DNA of 30,870 nucleotides from a virus (lineage: Duplodnaviria > Caudoviricetes): the IMG/VR virus record IMGVR_UViG_3300032290_000244, positions 1-30,870 of that record; one strand, 5' to 3'. The notes beneath the pieces are model-generated. The model was given only the letters and a program-made list of their open reading frames with translations. It did not search any database and was not told where the DNA came from. The translations under genes and the position numbers were made by a program. Shown in pieces: positions 15,333 to 24,126 of the stretch (the first letter of the stretch is position 1; the number at the start of each line of letters is the position of its first letter).

Positions 15333-16352
15333 GTGGCTAACACTCTTGTTACTTCTGTAGGTCGGATTAATAATACTAGTTCGACCCCTCTTGCTCTTGG
15401 TACTGCTTACGATACCAAGTATGCAACTTATCTGAAACTGTTTAGCGGTGAAATGTTCAAGGCGTATGAAAGCGCCACCATCGCTAAAGGAACTGTGCAA
15501 AGCCGTACCCTGAAAAATGGAAAGGCTATGCAGTTCATCTTCACCGGACGTATGGAGGCTGCGTACCACGAACCCGGTACTCCGATCCTGGGTTCTGGTG
15601 ATCCTCCGGTGGCTGAGAAGACCATCATCTGCGATGACTTGCTGATTAGCTCGGCATTTGTCTATAGCCTTGATGAAACTCTTGCTCACTACAGCCTTCG
15701 TTCGGAGATCGCTGCAAAGATCGGCCACGCTCTGGCTGAGGCTTACGACAAGAAGATCTTCCGTCAGATCGCTAAAGCTGCTCGTGAAGCTCACCCCATC
15801 ACTGCTGCTCCTGGCCCTGAGCCCGGCGGTTCGGTGATCCAACTGGGTGTGCAGAAAGAGTATGACGCTCAAGCCCTGGTGGATGGCTTCTTTGAAGCTG
15901 CTGCCATCATGGATGAAAAGAACCTGCCCAAGCAGGGTCGTATGGCTGTGCTTGCCCCTCGTCAGTACTATGCACTGGTGAGCCAAGTTGACAGCAACAT
16001 CCTGAACCGTGACTACGGCAACAACTCCGGTAGCCTGCAGTCTGGTGAAGGCCTGTATGAGATCGCTGGTATTCCCATCAAGCGTTCCAACAACCTGCCT
16101 TTCCTGGCTGGTAGCATTGCTGCTGTGAACGGTGAGAACAACAACTACTCTGGTGACTTCAGCACCCACTGCGGTCTGATCTACCACAAAGATGCCGCTG
16201 GTGTGGTTGAGGCCATTGGTCCTCAAGTTCAGACCACTGGTTCTGACGTGCGCACCATGTACCAAGGCGATATCATTGTTGGTCGTCTTGCCATGGGTTG
16301 CGGCACGCTGAATCCTGCTGCTGCTATCGAACTGCAGTCGGCTCGTTCCTGA
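15333..16352 (+). CDS. Major capsid protein (T7 gp10A homolog)
   Basis: LKLFSGEMFKAY, RTLKNGKAMQFIFTGR, DDLLISS, GHALAEAYD, SNNLP, AMGCGTLNPAAAIEL. GTG start and strongly biased codon usage. Confidence 0.97.
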   Translation: MANTLVTSVGRINNTSSTPLALGTAYDTKYATYLKLFSGEMFKAYESATIAKGTVQSRTLKNGKAMQFIFTGRMEAAYHEPGTPILGSGDPPVAEKTIICDDLLISSAFVYSLDETLAHYSLRSEIAAKIGHALAEAYDKKIFRQIAKAAREAHPITAAPGPEPGGSVIQLGVQKEYDAQALVDGFFEAAAIMDEKNLPKQGRMAVLAPRQYYALVSQVDSNILNRDYGNNSGSLQSGEGLYEIAGIPIKRSNNLPFLAGSIAAVNGENNNYSGDFSTHCGLIYHKDAAGVVEAIGPQVQTTGSDVRTMYQGDIIVGRLAMGCGTLNPAAAIELQSARS

Positions 16353-16371
16353 TAACGAGAGGTAAACACCA

Positions 16372-16701
16372 ATGGGCCCTCAACCTTCTGATGGCGTTGG
16401 AGTTACCACGAGTTCAACGTTTTACCCTCGCCCTCCTATTGAACCAGGTCGTGAGGGTGGAACTGTTGTGACTGTAACTCGACTGACTGCTGGTACTGGT
16501 CAAGTGGCTGGCACTAAAGCAACTACTGATGAGAATATCAATGCATCAGGTTGCACCCTTACTACAACTGTTGTTTCTGGTGCTGTCACAGCCGAAACAG
16601 TAGCTGCTGGTGGTGATGGTTATCGCATTGGCGATATTCTGTCAGTTGCTGGTACAACACCTGCCACCTTCCGCGTGGCTAGTGTTTCTTATACTAACTG
16701 A
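16372..16701 (+). CDS. Small Thr/Gly/Val-rich putative capsid decoration or structural protein
   Basis: Own RBS (GAGAGGT). Contains the beta-rich GAVTAETVAAGGDGYRIGDILSV motif common in phage structural proteins. Lies between the capsid gene and the terminator. Confidence 0.7.
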   Translation: MGPQPSDGVGVTTSSTFYPRPPIEPGREGGTVVTVTRLTAGTGQVAGTKATTDENINASGCTLTTTVVSGAVTAETVAAGGDGYRIGDILSVAGTTPATFRVASVSYTN

Positions 16702-16711
16702 GGTAATAACT

Positions 16712-16990
16712 ATGCCTAATCCTACTGTTGCTGCTGGTGAAGGTGGTGTTGCTGGTAACGTGAATTTCGCTACCCGCACCCGCACTGGCGCATATGCATC
16801 GACATATTCCGATAACGGTAACCTGGCTGTCTCTGATAACCATGCCGTTCGTCGTTCTGTAGCACGTACCAGCCGCTCTGCTCCTAGCACTGCTTCTGGT
16901 GTGTTCTCTGAAACTCAGAACCTTCGTTTTGCTTACACAGGTGTCGAGGCTGATTGCCCGTCGCTTGATGCAACTCGTACTGCTGTCTGA
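16712..16990 (+). CDS. Small putative structural protein, 92 aa (MPNPTVAAGEGGVAG...)
   Basis: RBS GAGGT upstream of ATG 16712. Capsid-like codon bias. Ends just before the terminator. Confidence 0.7.
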   Translation: MPNPTVAAGEGGVAGNVNFATRTRTGAYASTYSDNGNLAVSDNHAVRRSVARTSRSAPSTASGVFSETQNLRFAYTGVEADCPSLDATRTAV

Positions 16991-16998
16991 TTTAACGA

Positions 16999-17027
16999 GG
17001 GAGTCCTTCGGGGCTCCCCCCTTTTTT
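16999..17027 (+). terminator. Rho-independent terminator (T7 Tphi-equivalent position)
   Basis: Stem GGGAGTCC / GGGCTCCC with a C(TTCG)G tetraloop, followed by CCC-TTTTTT. Lies downstream of the capsid module. Confidence 0.92.
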
Positions 17028-17051
17028 ATTCATGTAGATAACACTATCGTT

Positions 17052-17660
17052 ATGCCGTTTCCTACCACTAACGCTCAGACCGAGCTTCAAGCTGTTAATG
17101 AAATTCTGGCGTCAGTTGGTCAGGCGCCTGTAACTACCCTAGATCAAACCAACCCGGACGTTGCGATTGCCTATGACACTCTGGTTCAGGTGTCACGTGA
17201 GGTACAGGCTGAAGGCTGGACATTTAATGTTGAATACAATTATCCATTTGCACCAGACACAAATCAACAGATTCTGATTCCAACCAATGTTCTTCAACTC
17301 GATCTAACAACAGAGTATCGAGACAAAGACGTTGTACGAAGGAGCGGTAAGCTTTACGACCGAACAGCACATAGCTACGAGTTCACAGAGACTATGTACT
17401 GTGATGTGTTGTGGTACTTTGACTGGATCGATCTTCCTGTTCCCATCCAGGACTATATCGTTGCCAGGTCTGCAAGCATTGTCTCTAGCCGCATCGTTGG
17501 TGATACTAATCAATATCAGATGCTCCAACAAAGAGAAGCATACACACGAGCAATGGCTTTGGAATATGAATGTAATCAAGGTGACTACACATTCTTTGGT
17601 CATCCTCGTGGTGCCAACTACTACAACAGTTATGAACCCTATAAGGCATTGTATCGCTGA
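17052..17660 (+). CDS. Tail tubular protein A / adaptor (T7 gp11 homolog)
   Basis: ELQAVNEILASVGQAPV, VQAEGWTFN, LYDRTAHSYEF. ATG at 17052 follows the terminator. Confidence 0.95.
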   Translation: MPFPTTNAQTELQAVNEILASVGQAPVTTLDQTNPDVAIAYDTLVQVSREVQAEGWTFNVEYNYPFAPDTNQQILIPTNVLQLDLTTEYRDKDVVRRSGKLYDRTAHSYEFTETMYCDVLWYFDWIDLPVPIQDYIVARSASIVSSRIVGDTNQYQMLQQREAYTRAMALEYECNQGDYTFFGHPRGANYYNSYEPYKALYR

Positions 17661-20086
17661 TGGCTGCAGTAACTCAACGAATCCCTAACTTCTTAGGTGG
17701 TGTCTCAAAACAACCTGATGACAAGAAAGTTCCTGGTCAGGTCAGGGAAGCAATTAACTCATATCCAGATCCAACCTTTGGGCTAAGCAAAAGACCAGGT
17801 ACAAAGTGGTTGGCAAACCTGTCGTCAGTAACCAACGAATATTTGAACGGTAAATGGTTCTACATTAACCGTGATCCATTAGAGCAGTACATCGGAGTCA
17901 TCTACGGTGCCAACATCAAGATCTGGAATGTACTAAACCCAACAGCTACAGTCACTGTCACCAATAGCGGTGCTAGCTACCTTACCTACGGAACCTCTAC
18001 AGCAAAGGACAGCGTTCAGGTTCTTACCGTTCAAGACACAACCATTGTTGTCAACAAGCAAAAGGTTGTCACTACGCTTGCAGCACCAGCATTTACTGCA
18101 AATACCAAAGCAACCATCCGTTTGTTTAGTGCTGAGTACGGTGCAGAGTATTCTGTGTCAATCACTTCTGGCGCAACCACCTATACAACAGCATCTTATG
18201 TAACCAAGAATGCTGAGCCTGGTACTAATACCAGTACAACCAATAATAAGGTGTTGAATGCTGATGAAGTACTGACACAGATCTACAATAACCTCGTTAC
18301 ACTTAATACCACCAATAGCCTTGGCCTCACAATTACTCAATTCAAAGGGTCAATTGAGGTAAGCCGAGCTACTGCATTCTCAATCACAGCCAAAGGTGGT
18401 ATCAGTAGTGAAGAGCTTAAGGTTTTTCAAGATGAAGTTGATAACTTTGCACAGCTACCATCACAGTCAGTGAATGGTCGTGTTGTCAAAATCAACAATA
18501 CAGTGTCAAAGGAAGACACCTACTATGCCAAGTTCGTAGCAGAGAATGGTGTATCTGGTAAAGGAGTCTGGGAAGAAACAGTAGCACCTAACGTTTCTCT
18601 TGGTCTTACTGCATCTACGATGCCTCACCAGCTGATTAACACAGCACTGAATACGTTTACCTTTGGAACAATTCCTTGGGAGAACCGTTTAGTAGGTGAT
18701 GACATTACCAATGAACACCCAAGCTTTGTTGGCACTACGATCCAGCAAGCCTTCTTTCATAACAACAGACTTGGTTTCCTGACTCAAGACAATGTATCAC
18801 TTAGTCAAAGTGGTGAGTTCTATAACTTCTACAGTGTCTCTGCATTGACACAGACAGCTAATGATCCTGTGGATCTTAGTTGCTCAAGTCTCAGGCCTGC
18901 TGTTCTTCATGCGGTTCTACCAGCTGCTCAGGGTCTTGTTCTCTTCAGCAAAGCTCAGCAGTTTCTAATGTATTCTGATGACGGGATTCTTACCCCCACA
19001 AGTACAGTCATCAGAACAATTGCTAACTACGACAACGAAGATACAATAGATCCAGTTGATGTTGGTACTAACATGGTGTTTCTGAATAAGTCACCAGGTT
19101 ATACCAGAATTTATGCAATGGCTACCCGTGGACAACAGGAGAATCCGGATGTACTTGATATTGGCAGGATTGTGTCTGAGTGGGTTCCTGATACTGTCAC
19201 TGATCTAATTGCTTCACCGCAGAACTCGTTCTTTGCTATGTATGGCCCTAGTACACCGTATGTGTACTTCTTCCGTACATATGTTGTAGGTGATGAGACG
19301 GTGATGCAGACATGGTTCAACTGGAAGATGCAAGGGAACGTTAACTTCCTTACTGTTGATGGTGATGATACCTACATCGTTACTTACCAATCTGGTCAGT
19401 ACACCCTTAACAAAGCCAACCTAACGCAAACACCTGATGATGCCATCCTTCGTACTGATAGTGGCCAGGTTGTTCAGCTGTGTCTGGATCAATATGCAAC
19501 ACCATCAAGCATCACGTATAACGCTACGACAAAGCTTAATCGCTGTTATCTGAGATACAAAGATATCACAGGTCTTAGCCCAGCTGTTGTCATTGCTGAT
19601 CCTGCCAACACTGGTGAATCAGGTTTCACGTTAACACCTACTCGTGGTAACGACGGTAATCCTTACTTTGAATTTGAAGGTGACAACTACTCAGCTCTTG
19701 CATCAACTGTTTACGTTGGGTTTAAGTATGACTTTGACGTTCAGCTTCCTCGCTTCTATTATCAAATCGGGGAAAAGAATGCTGATTACACTGCAAACCT
19801 AACCGTTGCACGAGCCAAGTTCTCTGTTGGTTTGTCTAGTAATATCGGCTTTAAGCTCAATGCACAAGGCGCTGCTGAATGGTATGACGTTCAGTCAATT
19901 CAAGATGCAGATTATTACCTTGGTAATGATGTACCGCTGAACGAACAGACTGTCTATTCACTCCCCATTCACCAACGAAATACAAACTTCACCTTACGAG
20001 TCTTTAGTGACTCACCATTCCCCGTATCACTTACATCAATGATGTGGGAAGGTAATTATTCACCACGTTATTATAAGAGGACATAA
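17660..20086 (+). CDS. Tail tubular protein B / nozzle (T7 gp12 homolog)
   Basis: TGATG coupling. IPNFLGGVSKQPD, GLSKRPGT, PSFVG, FFHNNRLGFL, C-terminal WEGNYSPR. Confidence 0.96.
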   Translation: MAAVTQRIPNFLGGVSKQPDDKKVPGQVREAINSYPDPTFGLSKRPGTKWLANLSSVTNEYLNGKWFYINRDPLEQYIGVIYGANIKIWNVLNPTATVTVTNSGASYLTYGTSTAKDSVQVLTVQDTTIVVNKQKVVTTLAAPAFTANTKATIRLFSAEYGAEYSVSITSGATTYTTASYVTKNAEPGTNTSTTNNKVLNADEVLTQIYNNLVTLNTTNSLGLTITQFKGSIEVSRATAFSITAKGGISSEELKVFQDEVDNFAQLPSQSVNGRVVKINNTVSKEDTYYAKFVAENGVSGKGVWEETVAPNVSLGLTASTMPHQLINTALNTFTFGTIPWENRLVGDDITNEHPSFVGTTIQQAFFHNNRLGFLTQDNVSLSQSGEFYNFYSVSALTQTANDPVDLSCSSLRPAVLHAVLPAAQGLVLFSKAQQFLMYSDDGILTPTSTVIRTIANYDNEDTIDPVDVGTNMVFLNKSPGYTRIYAMATRGQQENPDVLDIGRIVSEWVPDTVTDLIASPQNSFFAMYGPSTPYVYFFRTYVVGDETVMQTWFNWKMQGNVNFLTVDGDDTYIVTYQSGQYTLNKANLTQTPDDAILRTDSGQVVQLCLDQYATPSSITYNATTKLNRCYLRYKDITGLSPAVVIADPANTGESGFTLTPTRGNDGNPYFEFEGDNYSALASTVYVGFKYDFDVQLPRFYYQIGEKNADYTANLTVARAKFSVGLSSNIGFKLNAQGAAEWYDVQSIQDADYYLGNDVPLNEQTVYSLPIHQRNTNFTLRVFSDSPFPVSLTSMMWEGNYSPRYYKRT

Positions 20087-20089
20087 GTT

Positions 20090-20956
20090 ATGGCTGATCT
20101 ATTTACTGTTGGTGCTGGTGTAGTGATGGGCGGTATTAGTGCCATCACTGGTGCTAGTGCTCAAAATGATGCTAAAAGACTAGAGCAGAAAAGGATAGAT
20201 GCGCAATACAAATATGACAAGAAGCTCTATAAATATAACTGGAACCAGACTAAACGTGACTATAGATACCGTACTAAAGACGTACAGAATCAGCGGCTAA
20301 ACAACGAATCAAACCTTCGTTACCTTGAGGAAACTGCTCGTCGTAATTACCAGTACGATCTCCAGATCCGTGATTTCGACTACAACAATCAAGTTCGTCA
20401 ATACAAGGAATCTGAACGCATCTTCGGACTACAGCGTGGTGCTAATGCTCAAGCTGCAGCACTTGCTCGGCAAAGCGAAGAGAACCGTTTCAATGAGATC
20501 ATGAAGGGTATGGCGTTTGATCAGCAAGACATGCTTGTGAAGATGCTGCAAGAGGAAGGTCAATCTATTGCTCGTGGTGTTTCTGGTCGATCAGCATCTA
20601 AGCAGATTGCTTCTGTTATTGCTGGCTATGGACGTAACCAAGCGATCTTAGAAGAAAGTGTTCTAAGCGCTAGTAGAGACTCTGCTATGGCAATGCGTCA
20701 AATCGAACAGGAGCGTTACCAGTCTGATCTCAATGCTGATTCCAGGCGCATGCTTGCACCACTACGTGCTCCCGCACCAATGGCTCCGCTCGCTATGCCA
20801 CGTCCAACACTGCTTGATCCTATGAAGCCTAAGCGTGGTCCACAACCAATCAAAGGTGTCAATTCCGTTCAAGGTGCAAGCGGTTTTTCTGTTGCTAGTA
20901 ATTTCATCAATGCTGGTTTGAATGCTTACACAATGTTTGGTGGTAAATTTACCTAG
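20090..20956 (+). CDS. Internal virion protein (T7 gp14-like)
   Basis: Follows gp12. Hydrophobic Gly-rich ends, helical Q/R-rich core, ARGVSGRS motif. Confidence 0.75.
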   Translation: MADLFTVGAGVVMGGISAITGASAQNDAKRLEQKRIDAQYKYDKKLYKYNWNQTKRDYRYRTKDVQNQRLNNESNLRYLEETARRNYQYDLQIRDFDYNNQVRQYKESERIFGLQRGANAQAAALARQSEENRFNEIMKGMAFDQQDMLVKMLQEEGQSIARGVSGRSASKQIASVIAGYGRNQAILEESVLSASRDSAMAMRQIEQERYQSDLNADSRRMLAPLRAPAPMAPLAMPRPTLLDPMKPKRGPQPIKGVNSVQGASGFSVASNFINAGLNAYTMFGGKFT

Positions 20957-20965
20957 TTAATTTAG

Positions 20966-23900
20966 ATGGATCAAATCAAGTATCAAGGGTACGCCCGAGA
21001 TCGAGGATTTAATCCGGTTCAGTTTAGTACGGGCCGTGTTGACGCTATTGGTCAGCAAGGGGACTCAATGCTACGGCAGATGAGGGAAAACCAGCGTACT
21101 GAAATTGGTAACCGTGATGCATTCCTCCAGGCTACACAACGTGCTCAGGCACTTGAACAAGAAAATCGTCAAGCCAACTATGACTTTGCACGCTCTTCAC
21201 GGAAGTCATTTCAAGAAGCAGCTCTTCGTAATCAGGAGCGTCTTGTCAGTGATTCCCAGCGTGCTCAGCAGAACTACGATAAAGATCTGACGAACCTTGC
21301 ACTACTTTCAAAGTTCTCAGAAACTATCAGTAAGTCTCTTGTTGAATATCAAAAGCAACGTGACGAGGATCAATACAACCAAGAGATTGTTACAAGCATG
21401 CTTGGTGCTAATCCTCAGGAGGCTGCTGCTGTTGAGGATGCCTATCAACAACTTCGTGCTGGTGGGCAGCAGATCCAAGGCTTAGCGGATAAGTTAGAAG
21501 ATAACGGCATGCCAGAGGAACTGGTTCAATCCGTTCGTCAACAATCTCGTACTAGTCCTGTTGTAAGCGCCAGAGCTGCCACAGCAATGGCACCTGCAGA
21601 TTACTACTCTTTTCTTGAAGAGCGGTTTTCTAATGACGATCAGAATCGCATTACTGTGATGACACCGAATGGTCCTGAGGAGATTTCTCCAATGAACCAC
21701 AGTGGATCATCACAACGTGAAGCAGTGATGCGTGCATTGCTACCGATCTTTCTGAAAGAGAAGGGTCTATACGGAATGAAAGCATCGTTCTTGGCTCCAG
21801 CCTTGTTGGAGATGAGGAAGACAGAGCTGAACTTCCTTAACCAAGAAGCTCGTGCCTTTTCTAATGCACAGAATAAACAACGAGCTGATGAAGCTAATGT
21901 CTTGTTTGAGACTGAGGTCCAAACTAATCCTACTCAGGCATGGACCAATTATCTTGAATCCATGAAGGGTGTTAAAGATGGCGAAGGTGTACGGCTTGGT
22001 TACGCAGGTGGATTCCAAAAGGCATTAGAGCGACTGCGTGATATTGGTGATGTCTCTGCTGTCGAAGCTATCCGTGATAGCCCCCACCCAATTGTCAAAG
22101 GTAAGACTTGGGGTCAGGTTAGAGCTGATGACTTTAATGATGTCCTTGAGGAGATTAACAACGATGCATTGTCTCGTGATCGAAATCAAGAAGCTCGTTT
22201 CCAAATGGAAGGTAGCAAGCTTGCTCGTGAGATTATTTCTGAGTGGGATAAGAATCCACCATCTGAAGCTGATGCTGAGGCTGTTATCAAGGCACATACT
22301 GCCAAGTATGGTCCAAACAGTGACCTTCAAGGATGGGCTTCTAAATACACTGTTGAAGCCATTGACGAAGCAGCAACTCGTAAGAATCTTGACGAGTTGA
22401 TTCGTCAAGGGATTGCTATTCCGCCTCAAGATCTTATTGGTCTTCCAAAAGAGATCCAAGATTCATATCGTGGTTACGTCCAAAAAAATGATGATGCAAT
22501 GAAGAGTGGTGGTGGCGACACTGCGATGAATTACATCAAAGAAAAGATTGAAGCACGAGCACAATGGTCTGCTGCTAAAGGTAATCCCAAGGACCCTTCA
22601 ATTGGACTTGCAGTAGCTGCTGCACAACGTGAGCTTCAACAACTCATTTCCAAGAACCTTGCTGGTGGTCAGTCTTCGCAAGAAGCTGTTCAAAATGCGC
22701 TTAAAGCCGTCGAGACTGTTATTGATGACCCTAAAGGTAGATATCAATACAATCAACAGCAGCCTGGTGGTGAAGGTTTTGCTAGCTTCAATATTACTGC
22801 CAGCGTTTCAGGTACTGCTGAGGCCAAACGTAGACGCGACTACATTGCCGCCAAGATCAATGGTGGTGGTAATGCATCTATATCTAATTTCCAGCTTATT
22901 CCTGCAGCCATCCTTAAACAGACCGCCGAGAATTACCAACAATCAGGCCGCCTAGTAATTCCACCAACTGCAGATTATATCTCTCAAATAACTGGTGGAA
23001 ACATAAGTCCAATTGCCGTTCTTAACGAACAGATTAATCTCTATAACCGTACTGCTACCAAGAAGCTAAAACCAATCACTGTCGTTAATGCAGGTGGTGG
23101 TGATGCAGGAGCACCTATGTCTCCACGTATGCGTGAGATCATGCGTCAGCTTCAATACATGCCAACTCTTGAGACTGTCAATCGTGTCTCCATGATTGGT
23201 GGCTCTGCACCTAAATACGTCAGACAGGGCTCTCAGGGCTTCAATGATGTAATGAGCATGGTTGTTACCATGGGCCATCCACACCCTGCTCTAGCAGCCG
23301 CACAATGGGCTTTGGAGACTGGGTACGGTAAGTCACAACTAGCTAGCGGTCAGAACAACCTATTTGGTTTCCGTTCTTATGACCCCAAGAGCAATGGTTG
23401 GAGGGCCTACAACAGTCATACTGAGTCAGTTCAGGCATACGTCGATAACATCACAAAGAATTCTCGGTACTCTGCAGTCCTTAAAGCTAAAACACCGCGT
23501 CAAGCTGCACTTGCTGTAGCAGCTGCTGGTTATGCAGGAGGAGAAGCTTCGTATCCGAACAAGTTAATTCGGGTCATGAAGGAGAACGGTATCAATCCTG
23601 ATGTTCCATATGTTAACCCAACAGGTAATCAATGGCATGCACCAGGTGTCGCTAATACCAAGTTGACCAATGCTATTGGTAAGCAGCTTCTCTCTCAAAT
23701 GCAGAAGACAAGTGGTTTTGGTTCACAAGAATCATTCCGACGTAAGCCCCATGAAGGAAATGACTATGCCGTTGTACAAGGCTCCAGCATGAGTCTGAAA
23801 CAACCAGCCCGTGTTGTTGATGTCATCTCAGAACGTGACCCTAACAACGGTGGTTACGGCGGCATGGTTGAGATTGAATTCCCTGACGGTGCGCGTGCTC

Positions 23901-24124
23901 GTGTAGCACACCTCTCAAAAGTCAAAGTCAAACCCGGTGATGTAATCCCTGCCAAGAAGGTCTTTGCCTTAACTGGTGGTGCTCCTGGTACGCCTGGTGC
24001 TGGACGATCAACCGGACCTCATGTCCACCTTGAAATGTTGACGACTGCACGCGGTCGCAATGAAACAACTAAAGGCAAAGCAGATCCATCTGCAATTGCA
24101 CCTCGCTTTTACATCGATAGCTAA
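20966..24124 (+). CDS. Internal virion/ejection protein (T7 gp15-like) with C-terminal GH73 glucosaminidase/muramidase and M23 peptidase domains
   Basis: Position and size. AAAQWALETGYG...NNLFG...GYA...Y..KL (GH73/FlgJ). HEGNDY...GYG...AHL...STGPHVHLE (M23 HxxxD/HxH). Confidence 0.85.
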   Translation: MDQIKYQGYARDRGFNPVQFSTGRVDAIGQQGDSMLRQMRENQRTEIGNRDAFLQATQRAQALEQENRQANYDFARSSRKSFQEAALRNQERLVSDSQRAQQNYDKDLTNLALLSKFSETISKSLVEYQKQRDEDQYNQEIVTSMLGANPQEAAAVEDAYQQLRAGGQQIQGLADKLEDNGMPEELVQSVRQQSRTSPVVSARAATAMAPADYYSFLEERFSNDDQNRITVMTPNGPEEISPMNHSGSSQREAVMRALLPIFLKEKGLYGMKASFLAPALLEMRKTELNFLNQEARAFSNAQNKQRADEANVLFETEVQTNPTQAWTNYLESMKGVKDGEGVRLGYAGGFQKALERLRDIGDVSAVEAIRDSPHPIVKGKTWGQVRADDFNDVLEEINNDALSRDRNQEARFQMEGSKLAREIISEWDKNPPSEADAEAVIKAHTAKYGPNSDLQGWASKYTVEAIDEAATRKNLDELIRQGIAIPPQDLIGLPKEIQDSYRGYVQKNDDAMKSGGGDTAMNYIKEKIEARAQWSAAKGNPKDPSIGLAVAAAQRELQQLISKNLAGGQSSQEAVQNALKAVETVIDDPKGRYQYNQQQPGGEGFASFNITASVSGTAEAKRRRDYIAAKINGGGNASISNFQLIPAAILKQTAENYQQSGRLVIPPTADYISQITGGNISPIAVLNEQINLYNRTATKKLKPITVVNAGGGDAGAPMSPRMREIMRQLQYMPTLETVNRVSMIGGSAPKYVRQGSQGFNDVMSMVVTMGHPHPALAAAQWALETGYGKSQLASGQNNLFGFRSYDPKSNGWRAYNSHTESVQAYVDNITKNSRYSAVLKAKTPRQAALAVAAAGYAGGEASYPNKLIRVMKENGINPDVPYVNPTGNQWHAPGVANTKLTNAIGKQLLSQMQKTSGFGSQESFRRKPHEGNDYAVVQGSSMSLKQPARVVDVISERDPNNGGYGGMVEIEFPDGARARVAHLSKVKVKPGDVIPAKKVFALTGGAPGTPGAGRSTGPHVHLEMLTTARGRNETTKGKADPSAIAPRFYIDS

Positions 24125-24126
24125 TT

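Noticed and set aside
15294-16265. 323-aa antisense ORF across the capsid gene
   Set aside because: It is in exact codon register with the capsid. It stays open because the highly expressed capsid avoids TTA/CTA/TCA codons. It has no recognisable motifs, and the genome is otherwise single-stranded in coding.
16330-16372. Possible T7 10B-like capsid frameshift or readthrough
   Set aside because: The capsid ends with tandem TGA TAA, the downstream frame has TAA at 16363, and the next gene has its own RBS.
16899-17051. N-terminal extension of tail tube A given in the ORF track
   Set aside because: It runs through the upstream gene and the terminator. Homology to gp11 begins at ATG 17052.
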